DNA of 64,000 bases from Macrostomum lignano (taxonomy: Eukaryota). A program made the position numbers and the translations under genes. The DNA lies in the NCBI GenBank assembly GCA_002269645.1, contig NIVC01002342.1:7559-71558 (forward strand), written 5' to 3'. Every line of letters starts with the position of its first letter. Within the stretch, counting starts at the first letter, position 1. The notes beneath the pieces are model-generated. The model did no database searches and had not been told where the DNA came from. It saw nothing but the letters and a program-made list of their open reading frames with translations. This document shows, piece by piece, positions 38,567-50,500 of this stretch.

Positions 38567-41500
38567 TCACTGAATGTTGCAGACTTTGCTCCTGTTCTTC
38601 TTCAGTGACACCTGGCTGGCAGTCAGCGCCTCCGCCTCCGCCTTCTCGTCTGCCACTGCTCGTCCACCGCTGCTCCGCTGGCGCGGCTGCGGCGTCTTCA
38701 TTGTTGGCGCACCGCCGGTTTCGTTGGCCGCGGCCGCCGCCTCGAGCTGGCCGATGGCTACAGAAGTTCTGTGCCGCTGCAGCCTCCGCTTCGCTTCATC
38801 ACCGGTGTCTTTTTTGCTTGCCACGTGCTTCTTTGATGCTATGTACTTTTCCTGCTCCTCCAGGTACTTCATGTACTTTTTAACCGACTCGTTATACTGC
38901 GTATTGCCGAGCTTCAAAGCGTCCAGCTCCTTGTGCAGCAGATCGCGCAGGAGGGCTTCGCCGGCGGAGAAGAGATTCTCCTGCGCGCCGGAGCCCGACG
39001 CCTCGTCGTCTGGCAACACCGTCACCCGGCCGTTGCCGGCTCTCTGGTGCTCCAGGCACAGCCACAGCAGCTTGCCGCTGCCCAGCGCACACTTGGACAG
39101 CCCGGAGTGGCGCTGCTCGCCCTCTGGAACATGCACACGGAAGACCGGATGAGACTCAGACAAAATTTCGAGCTGAGCGGCATTACAGGAGATCAATCAA
39201 ACCTATGATCTATCAGTCAAATAAAAGTTCGAACATGGTCTGTATTTATGGATTGCTATTGTGGCCTGCTAAGGAAGAGTAGGAACTCTCTGAAACCGAA
39301 TGCCCTGGGCTATTGCGCGTTCGAATCTCAGTTCTGGACACAGAACTAGAAGCTGAAATTTATGTTCAGTGACGAAAACCGTTGACTGTCATCGAGTTCT
39401 ATATTCATGGTTGCGCATGAACTTGCGACCAAGTAACGCATAGAAATGCATTCACGGAGCACTGAGTTTAAAAAAACCAGCAAACGGACTTTGAGCAATC
39501 GACACCCGCCCCACTCACTGGTGGCATCCGTGTACAGCTGCTGCACCGTTCGGTAGGCGTCGATGAACGACTTCGGCGACACCGCAGCCTCCACACGGAC
39601 TGCCTGCAGGAACTCCTCGGCTTGGATTCCCTCGAGGCAGTTCAACCGAATGCCGCTGGCCTGCAGCAGCGAGCAGATCCTTAGCAGGTACACGGAGGCG
39701 GCGGACAGCAGGTTTTCCCGGCCCGTCTTGCTGGTGGTCGCGAGGCTCACGGCCGGTCCGTGGGCGTGCCAGCCCTGTAGTGTTTCAAGGGATACATTGC
39801 GTTTTGGAAACCAAACCTATCATGCATTTCGACACTATAATCAATCTATTCTTAATGAGTGGAGACATTGAGAAGCATAAGTGTGAAGCGCGATGATGTT
39901 AAAACATTCCAAGCCATGGATCGGAAGTTGTCCCGGTGTCCCTCAAAGCCCTGCTAAGAACCGCTTGCGCTTCAATCTGCCATACCATGCAACTCACCCG
40001 CTGATTCTCGCAAAACACTCTGATCAGCACCTGTGGATTTGCGGTGGAAGGAAAAGCTGTATAAAATTCAATCAATGGATCACACTGCACATTACTGCAA
40101 TTTTGGTAGGGTTCGTAGGTAAACCAACCAATTCTTCCAGCTTGCCGCCGTCTGAATCCTTGCTCCGGCTCTCGTCACTGAAGTCGGTGACGTCGCTGAA
40201 GTCCGGCACAAGCAGCCGCGGCAGGTCGCTGTGGCTGAACTGCTTGAGAAACCGGCGCTGCGCAAGCTCGGCCTCCTCTCGAAACAGGCCGGGCTGGCTT
40301 GGCAACGGCATAGCAACGGTGGTCTTTCGTTTCATCAACGGCACGTTTGCCGATCTTTTTTCGGCCTCTTTGGCCAGCAGACTTTTGATTCCGGCAACCA
40401 GTCTTTTAAATTCCAAAGCCGGAACATCCTTGCGAAAGTCGAACTCCTCGTAGCCCAGGCTGAGCATGCCCAGCTCTTGGGTCTTAAAGGCCTGCGTCTG
40501 GCCCACCACGACAGTCACAATCGGCTTGCGCAGGTTCTTTGCCGCGAAGCGAAACTCCATCATGCAGTTGGCGCTGCGCTGGTACTCGTCGCTGACAAAA
40601 GCCAGGACTAGCGGGCACCGGCCGAGGCCCGAGCTGATGTCCTCGAATAGGCTGCGCTGCAAGTGAAACCGGACAGGGAGAGCTTCGTGTCTATCTGCTC
40701 CATTTTTACTGTTCTAACAAATTCCCACAACATGCCTTTTAAAGACTGACACGATAACTACTAACAGCCCTATAATCTAAGGATTGATATCAGAGATACA
40801 ATGAGCTTTAATGAATGTGTGAATGCTCTTCTTCACGTTACACGTCGAGATCTTGAGATGTTTACGAGCATTGGAGATAAAATACCATCACTTCAAAGCT
40901 TTACTGACACATTCATCGATTTATAGTGTAATTAATATCTGCGAAACCTACGGTTCCAGTGTCCTTGACGTCGAGCCAGCATCGAATCCCCTCTGCTTCC
41001 AATCTCTCCCTGAGCCGACGCGGGTCACTGTCCTCGCAGCCAAGAGCTCCGTTTCGGGTTCCCTTCGCCACGGCGTCGTGAGAATTTGCCCAGCAGTAGG
41101 AAACAAAGACGTCCTTGTCGCGAGAGTCATCGTCACTGGGTTTTTGATTGGATGTTTCAACCGCAGCCGAGACGTCCTTGATGACCTCTGCGAGCTGCCC
41201 TTCGTAGACTGACTTTTTGGCTTCCGTCAGATCAATATACTTGTCTGTACCGACGAGGAAGGCGAGCTCGGTGCAGTCCCGCCACGACTTGTCCGCCCCA
41301 ACGCTGAGGTAGACGAGCTTCTTGCGCAGGTTGTTCTTGGCGCTGAACAGCGAGTTCAGGCAGGCCTTGTCTGAGCCGAAGGACTTTGTGAGGAACACGA
41401 GCACAGCGCTACAGTCGCTCATGTGCAGCTGCTTGTCCTCCTGCTGCTCGGGGTACGGCGGGTAGCTGAAAAGTGAACAGCATCTGGGATAAGCAAGGTG

Positions 41501-44500
41501 AACAGAAGCGAGGTGCACCAGAGTATTCCGCAATGGCTTACCAGCTGAGCCCTTCTGCCTCCAGCTTCTTGGCCACAGCCTCAGGGCAAGTTGGTCCTCT
41601 GTCCTTGCCGTCTTTCGGAAAATCATCCGCAAGAAACAGCAGACACACATCTCTGCTCATCTCCAGTCGAGCTCTGCGAAGCCGCAGCAGACTCTGTTCA
41701 AGCTGATGGTCGAACTCCGTCAGACTTTCTGGGCGGATGCTTGCGAGCAGCTGGCTCAGGTTTAGGATGTGAAACTCGAACGGGCACTGCAGGAATGACA
41801 CCTGACGGCTGCTGGCCTTGCGAATCATGGCAACTCGGATGACGCTGCGCTCACTGTCACCCGATGAGGAGTTCAGGCACTCGGGACAGGGCAGAATCTC
41901 TTCATAGTGGACGCCGTGGAACGTCTCCTTGATGAGACTGTCGAACACGTCGTTAATCATGAAGAGTACGTTCTCGGGCCTCGGTCCGAACACAGTCGCG
42001 ATCAGGCGCTGTCTCTCGTCCATGGTGATGACGGCGATGTGGGCGTCCTTTCGGAGCAGCGAGCCGCGCTTCCAGATGGTGTTGCTGTCGGTGAACTCGA
42101 ACAGCCGGACCTGAGCCCGGTTGAACAGCCCGGCTGGTAGGTAGTCGAACTGGTAGATGAACCTCGCCAGCGTGTTGCCCTCGCCGTCCGCCTCTTGCGG
42201 GAACGAGTACTGCGCGAAGGTGTTCGAATTAAATCGCTAATTCACAATGGATCTCGGTTTTCCTGCATGAACTATGGGCAATGGCTTCAGTCTAGTTGTT
42301 TGAGCAAAGCACCTGCACCAGCCGACGTAGCGGAAGCGCCGTGGCCAAGGGCGTACTGTGACACTGACAGACTGTTTTGTGACAGACTTGTAGGCCCAGA
42401 GTCTCAGCCCCAGACCGCAGTTGCCTGCCCCTCCTACCTGTTTCTTGAGCGCGTGTGCGCAAGAACTCACTAGTTTTTGTTCAAGATAGATAGATGGATA
42501 GAGACACAAAACACAAGCTCGTCAGAATCAAAAGTACCTCCGGCACGTCCTCTGGAAGCAAGCAGGGCACGATGTTGCAGTCCTCCTTCATCGCGTACGT
42601 TAAGTCGAAGGCCTCTGTAAGCTTCAGCAGCCACTCGTGAAGTGCTGGATCGAACTTGCTCCAGATCGCTGGAATGTCGGATCTTTTCAGCTGGCCGTTC
42701 TGCAGTTTGATGGGTTGTTAAAGTTCGGCTCAGGTTCATGCCATGCTGATAATGTACAAGCTACTGTGACGGAGAAGCTCACCTGAATGGGCGAGTTCTT
42801 CACGCTGACAACGCACGCCATGACATCCACAATCCACTTCGGGTTGATGACCACTTTGTGTCTGAGGTAGTCCGTGTCGAAGTACTGCACCGAGCCGATG
42901 TCGTTCAGAAAGCTGACCGCTTGCCTCACGTGCTTGTCCTCGTAGAGGCCCTGCGACTGGGCCAGGTCGGCCACTTCCTGCCAGTCCAGAATTTTCACGT
43001 GGTCCCGGGTTCGTTTCTCGATCAGGCGGTCTTCAAAGTCCAGGAAGATCCGCGGCAGCCGCTCGCTCATGTACGGCTGCTGGAGGGCGACCTGAACCAG
43101 CTGCTTGCGGAGGTCGCCGATGCCCATGCCTGCGGTGGTGGGGAATGCGGTGTTCTGCTTAGGAGGGGAAGCCACCTGGGCAGAAAGACTTGCTGTAACT
43201 GCTTACCGCTGTGCGATGAAATGATGTGAAATCCGCAGATCTGAGGATATCGCGATTTGAACGTCTCCATGGGAATCTTGTCCGGTTTCTCCACCTGAAA
43301 CAGTATATTTGTAACCTCCATTGTAGGCACAGTAAGGTGTTAGGTGACTTAAAGCACTTCTCACCTGATCAGCATGGGTTCCCACCACCAGAATCGGAGC
43401 GTTCGGTGCGTGGCTGGCGATGGAGCTGAGCCAGAAGTTCAGGCCGGCGTGCTCGTAGCCAGTCCTCACTGTGTACAGCAGCAGGTAGACAGCCCTGTGT
43501 GTGAGGAAGAACTGGTGGGTGTTGTAGTACACCCGCTGTCCAGCAAAGTCCCACGTGCTGAAGTGCAGCGGCGGACTGCCGTCGCCGATGTCGATTTGCC
43601 AGTCGCCAATGTCGATGCCGTCGGTGATCTCCTCGGCACCGATGACGCTGGTGGTCCCGGTGGGACTGCGCAGGGCGCGCAGCAAGCTGGTCTTCCCAAC
43701 TCCGCCTGGAAGCGGTAAGAAGCTGATTAACTATGCACACTGTTCTGACCGGGTACCACATGCTCCGGCCAGGAGAGACCCGGAAACTTACCCAGTCCGA
43801 CAAACATCAGCTTTGTTCTCTTGCACTCCACTTGGTCGGAAGCGAGAAATTTGAGGTAGCTGAGCATAGCGCTCGAGCCCCTCTTGGCAACCTCCACAGG
43901 CGGAGTCTGCAGAGACGGGCACCTGGACACGTCCACGTGACTCAGTTGTGGCAGCTCAGACAGACAGGGCGACAGGGACTTCAGCCTCGGATTGTGATCG
44001 AGGACCAGCCTTTGCAGCTTTTTCAAGCTTTTTATCTTGTCAGGAACTTGATGGATTGCCTGCAGTGAGATGTGACGCTTGTGCACTCCAATGGCCACTG
44101 ATAAAGTTTATCTAAAAAAAAACAGTTTCAAAGGAGTATTTAAGAAGCCACATATCCCGCTTACCTGATGCGAAAGTCGCAGCTCCCTGAGGTTGGTCAG
44201 CTCGAACAGGCAGGGCGGGATCCCGCCGGTGTCATCATCGTCCACGCTCTCCAGCCCCATGCGCGGCACGTCAGTCAGCATGTAGTGAAGGCCGCGGCAG
44301 TCCGCGATCCGTTTGGCTTGCTCCTCGGTGATGAGCAGGCTGAAGAACTGCTGCTCAGGCGGCACGGGCTCCAGGCCCGCCAGTGTAACGCCAGGGTTGC
44401 GCAGGTAAGTCGCATCCAAAGGCGATGCTGTTCCCGCGCCGCTGTCGTGCTCATCCATCTGGTCCGCCACTCTGTCAGGCCAAGCAATCCCGTCGATGAC

Positions 44501-47500
44501 GAGCTCCTGCAGCGAGCGCAGGTTGGAGAACTCCTTCGGCAGAGTGCGGATCGGCAGCTGCAGGAGGTGCAGCATGGTTAGTCTGTCTAGCTGTCCGATG
44601 GATGCTGGAAGGGCAGTGATGAGGCACCTGTCAAGCGTCAGAGACTCGAGCTTGGTGCTGCAGGTGTTTGGCAGCTGTGAGACCTTCGCGATGCTGATGG
44701 TGAGGCTCTGCAGATTAGGAGCGTTGCAGTCAATGGACAGCAGGTCGGACTGGGTTATCGTGAGGCTTCGCAGGCGCTGCATCGGCCAGCTTTTGTCCAG
44801 ACTCTGCATCTTCTCCATCCTGTGCAGATGGAGAGTCTCTAATCCGGTGAGGCCCGTCAGGCAGGAGGCGCTGCTGATGAGGCGCGAGCTGATGAGGGCC
44901 GAGCGGACGCAGCTGCCGAAAGTGGCCAGAGTGGCCGCCACAGCCGCTTCTCCCTCGCCTGCAGCTGCGGAGCCGACCAGCTCGTCAATGAGGGTCGGGC
45001 TGCCGGCAGCCAGCTGGTGAGCCCTGCACACGGGCTGCAGGTCCTGGCCCTGCTGCTGCTGCGCCTGCAGAACCAGCGGCCCGCCAGGGGGCTGAGTGAA
45101 CTCCGCAGTCAGGCGCTTCTTGAGGTCTTCGAGTCCATCGGGCTGCTCAGCGGCTGATGCGGCGAAGAGGCTGCGCCAGTGCGAGAGGGCGGCTCCGAGC
45201 AACAGCAGCCGCTTCACGACAGCCTCCGCAACTGAGCGGCAATGGCCGGGGCCGGTGAGCAGCTCGTGGCATGGCAGCATCAGCTGAGGGTGGGGGTGGG
45301 GTGGCAGCATCAGCTGAGGGTGGGGGTGGGGTGGCAGCATCAGCTGAGGATGGGTGGGGTGGCAGCATCAGCTGATGGTGGGTGGAGCGGCAGCATCAGC
45401 TGAGGATGGGTGGGGTGGCAGCATCAGCTGATGGTGGGTGGAGCGGCAGCATCAGCTGATGGTGGGTGGGGTGGCAGCATCAGCTGAGGATGGGTGGGGT
45501 GGCAGCATCAGCTGAGGATGGGTGGGGTGGCAGCATCAGCTGAGGATGGGTGGGGTGGCAGCATCAGCTGAGGATGGGTGGGGTGGCAGCATCAGCTGAT
45601 GGTGGGTGGAGCGGCAGCATCAGCTGATGGTGGGTGGGGTGGCAGCATCAGCTGAGGATGGGTGGGGTGGCAGCATCAGCTGAGGATGGGTGGGGTGGCA
45701 GCATCAGCTGATGGTGGGTGGAGCGGCAGCATCAGCTGAGGATGGGTGGGGTGGCAGCATCAGCTGAGGATGGGTGGGGTGGCAGCATCAGCTGATGGTG
45801 GGTGGGGTGGCAGCATCAGCTGAGGATGGGTGGGGTGGCAGCATCAGCTGATGGTGGGTGGGGTGGCAGCATCAGCTGAGGATGGGTGGGGTGGCAGCAT
45901 CAGCTGATGGTGGGTGGGGTGGCAGCATCAGCTGATGGTGGGTGGAGCGGCAGCATCAGCTGGTATTCAGCCCCTTACCCTGTGCTGCATCAAAGCCCTG
46001 ACGGCAGCCTGTGCTGTCAGGTGGCAGTCCAGAGCTGATGGCAGTGGGTGCTTCACTCCGGCAGAGTCCACCAGGTGCACGTCCGTCACGGAACCTGCGT
46101 GTTGGTTAAGCAGGGAGTCAATGATTTAGTGAAAATGGTCCCAGTGAGGAACTCAGACGGAATCCACTGAGCACGGTGTTTACTAACCGCTGTTGCACAG
46201 CAGGTGCGCTTTCAGTTTGCCAGAATCTGCTACATCCAGGATGCTGGGCTGGCACAACAGGCGGCCCTCTTCGCTGGTGAGTTCGGGCAGGAAAACCCAC
46301 AGGAAGCCGTGGCCAACGCCGGCCTTCTTCGCCAGAGACGCCAGCACACTGCGGCCGAAGCCGGCGGGCCCTCGGAAGCCGACGCAGCGGCAGGGCTGGC
46401 CGTAGAGGATGGAGTCGTCCGTCAGGTCGCTGGTCTGATTCCAGCGGGGCAGGACGTTCGGGCTGGGGAAATTGGGTATCGGTAGCGCCGGATCGCTGAT
46501 CGTTGAGGCTGAAGTGGTGCGTGAGTTAAGCAGGCCGTTAGCGCAGCTGTCCACCTGCAGCGGAGTATTTCTAATGCTATTTCTAATGCTATTTCTAATG
46601 CTATTTCTAATGCTATTTCTAATGCTATTTCTAATGCTATTTCTAATGCTATTTCTAATGCTATTTCTAATGCTATTTCTAATGCTATTTCTAATGCTAT
46701 TTCTAATGCTATTTCTAGTGCTATTTCTAATGCTATTTCTAATGCTATTTCTAATGCTACGCGCTTACAGCTGAAGTTCGCTCTGTCTAGCCGGTCGGGA
46801 GCTCTGAAGCTGCCAGCACTGATGTCAACCGTCACTGCAGCCAGTGCGGCGTCTGCCGGTTGCAGAGTAACCGACTTGGAGTCGGCCTTGACGACCCTGC
46901 CGAGTTCGCCGCCGGGTTTTCTGGACTTCCCGGCTTCGAGTCGCAGCCAGTCGCCAGGGCTGAGCTCTCTCGAGTAGTTCACGGCCTGGAGTTGGAGCGG
47001 TCTGTGAGTTTCACTGCGCCGAGGAAAACTGAAGATATTCATTAAAACCCACCGGGAAATTCGAAGCGCTGACGCAGACGGCGGCACCCGCCGAAGCGTT
47101 GAAAACCCAGCCGTAGTTTCTGCGCGGCACGAGCACCTTTCGGACGGTGACTCCATTCTCCAGCACCTCCAACAGGTCGCACGAGCCGCCCAGCTTCCTT
47201 CTGTTCTCCTCCCTGTCCTGAAGAGCCACGAGAGGTGCCGAGTTGTGCCGCGACATCTCCGGCTGCAGATCGAAGGTCAGCCGCTTCTCCTGGTGCCCCG
47301 CCGACTTGTTGTCCAGCGAGATCTCCAGACTGCACTCTTTGCGCAAGAATTCCGAAAACTCCAGCGACTGAGCGTCGGGACTCGAATCCGGGTCTTTGCT
47401 GCTCTCTTTTGGGTACAAAATGAGCACGTTGAGAATCACGATTCTCTCCTGATCTTTGGGCGACAATGCGAAGTATGCCGTCCGCTTCTGGTCCTGCTCG

Positions 47501-50500
47501 CCGCCGGACAGTGCGGCACCCGGGTCCACCGTTGCAGAATTGCAGATAACGTGACGGGATGAAGTCACCTGGAATTCCGTGAGCTCGTACAGATTACTGC
47601 GGAAGGTGAACAGTGCCTCAATAATTGTTTTCATAACGGTTTCTCACCTTCAACTCCGTCTGCCCGGGGGCCAGCAGCTGCAGAGCGACTACAGCTGAGA
47701 AGCTGGGCTGCATCTCGGTTTTCTCCTTCAGGCAGAGCAGGCGGCTGTCTTCGGGGAAAATCTTCGCAACAGCGGTTGTGTCGGCAGGGTCATCCAGGAA
47801 GTCTTCCGTCACACCGACCGGGAGCTGCTCAGCGTAGGTCGCTGGCAGCCAGGGAATTCGGTTGGTCAGCCGCACAGCCTCCCTGGGCGACTGCATAGTA
47901 ACGCAGGGGAACAGCCCCGTGGGCGGGACGTCCACCGGCTCGCTGACGTGGCAGTCCTCGAACGAGCCGCTGCCCCGCTGGTCCACCGAGAACAGGACCC
48001 GCGCCCGGCTGGGGCCCACGAAACGCAGCTGGCAGCGCACGTGGCAGCCCGGGGCCGCTTCGGTGCCGGAGAACTGGAACTTCGGGTCCGGCTCTGCCGC
48101 TCCGCCAGCTGTGAGCAGTCTGCGGTTTGTGTCAAGATGGCGTGGATATTTTGCATTTGCAATGCATTGGCTTTGAGTCCGGCTCAGCTTCAACTGAGTT
48201 GTCTTAGTCTAGCACCATCAATCAGGTGTCTCTCACCTGCCGTCCACGCCGCTGTAGCCAACAGAGCCAGGCAGCGTGCCGGGCTGGGCCATCACGGGAA
48301 AGTCGGCCGGCACGACTCCAATGGAAATATTTCCTTTAACGCCCTTGTTCTCAATGCCTGCAATGGAGTCACTTACAGTTAAGCGACGTACGCCAGTGGT
48401 TCTCGTTTCGATTGAGTTTTGCAGTCTGGCAACTTACAAATCTCAAACGAACTGCTGCTCCTGGTCAGGCGTCTCTCCCCGATCAGGGTGGCCACGGGAA
48501 CGAATATGTTGGAGGCGGCCAGCCCAGCAGATTCCTGCAGCGTGTTGAACCAGTAGAACGCGACGCCCGTCTCCTGCCACACCGAGCAGAAGGACCTCAG
48601 AGCGAAGCTGAACCTGCGGTCCACGCCGAGTGCGCCGTCCATCACATCGTCAACGGGCTGGAAGGCCAACCAGTGGGGATCCCAATCACCATTTATCGGC
48701 AAGAGCTAAAACAGCAAGCCGCGCTCACATTAACAGCGGACAGCCGGAAGGTGACAGTAATCGGCTCCTCCAGCAGCACCTGGCTTGTGGAGAAAACCGC
48801 ATCTGCGGGCACGGTGCAGCAGACGCATATTCAGGCTTCGAAATATCATTATAAAAAAGTTTTCATTTTCTCACCTGTCTGGCTTTCGGATAGCTTTGGA
48901 TAAACCTCCAAGTACCTCGGCGTATGCTTTCTAAAATAGCAGAAGCGAGCAGAGGTCATCGAGTCAAGTTCTGCTTCATCTTCCTAAACCCCAAAAAGTT
49001 TTCGTATTCTGATGACTCTCTGATCAGTTTTGATTCGTGACTGATTGTTGCCAAGAAGCCATTCTGAAGCACCAACGCTTCGAAAAACTTTTCAATGAGA
49101 CTTTTCTAACTATACAGCCCAAAAAGATTGGTCGTCAACTCACTCCCAAAGCAGGACACTGAGCTGCGGCTGCTGGGAACCACTGGGGCTGATGCTGAAG
49201 CTGACCTCAGGCGCCAGCACCGACTGCAGCGGGGCGCTGGGGCAGAGCCGCACGCACCGGCTGCTGTCCGCGATGTCGCCATCGTCGATGTAGCCCGGCA
49301 GGACACGGCTGGGACGCACGTCGCTGCCAACCGCCCAGAGCCGCGCGGCGCAGCGGCCGCAGACGCCGCAGGAGTCACAGCTGGCGCCGCCGAGGGCGCC
49401 GCAGAGGCAGCGGCCGGGAGTGCCGGAGTCGATCCGGTTGAAGGCGCAGTCGGAGCCGCCGACCGAGCAGCTGCCGCACAGCGAGCAGACCGACTGCTGC
49501 GGCTCGCCGTCCAGCTGCTGCGGCTCCCAGCAGTGCTCGCTGTGGACGGAGCAGTTCTCTGCTCAGGCGGGGAACGGCGGTTGCGCTGACCAGTTTGTTA
49601 CCGGGTAGTTCGAGAGGGTGGCTTCTTGGGCGACAGGAGACCCGCAGCGCAGGAAAGTCAGGGAAAATCAATGATAGTGCGCTTTTGTACTAATCCGTGC
49701 GCGTGCTCAGGGACCAGGGAAGCGACCATAACTGCTGGCCTTCTCTCTGCCTGTGGGTCAACTGTTGCCTCAGAACTAGCTCAGGGCATGCACACGGATG
49801 CGCATCTTACGTGAATCGGACAAGCCCATAAAAAATTTTGATTCATGAGCCTCAAAGTAAATGAAGACAGGCGTTCACGCGTGTGTAAGCATGCAATCAT
49901 CCATGGACTCAGAATTTCCACTGCATGCAAACAACCATGGACTCAGAATTCCTTGAAATCCTCCCAAAACCCCGGCGCAGTCCCGCTGCCTACCCGGTTC
50001 GCCATTCGATGGCGCAGTCTCCGCGATGACGCCGTGCCTCATCATGAGGCAGTCAGCGCAGTCCGTGAACAGGTGCAGTGCGGACCACAGCATCCGCTGA
50101 GTGGCCTCAGCCGCTCCACCAGAGCTTGCTCCAGCAGGCTGGTAGGCAGTCAGCCTCAGCAGCCGCTCCTCATCGTCAAAGTGCACCGCCACCTCCGCTC
50201 CCCACAGACACCTGACAAAGCCGCGGGCAGACAGGCAGCAGAGGGAGCCGAGATGCGACGTCAGCGAGCTGAGGGCCGGCAGGATTCGGTCCGCACTCAG
50301 GTTGATGCCGCGGTACCAGCGGTGGACGGCCGCGAGACCCAGGCCTTCGGCGTCCTTGGCGGACTTAACGGGCCAGTCCAGCTGCCTGGCGTTGGCACAG
50401 AACATGTTGGTGTAGAACAGCTTGGCATCGGCAGGCGACTCTCGAATTGGAAGCACCTCTAGCAGGGCTCCGGAGTCCTTGAATATGCTGATGAGGTGGT

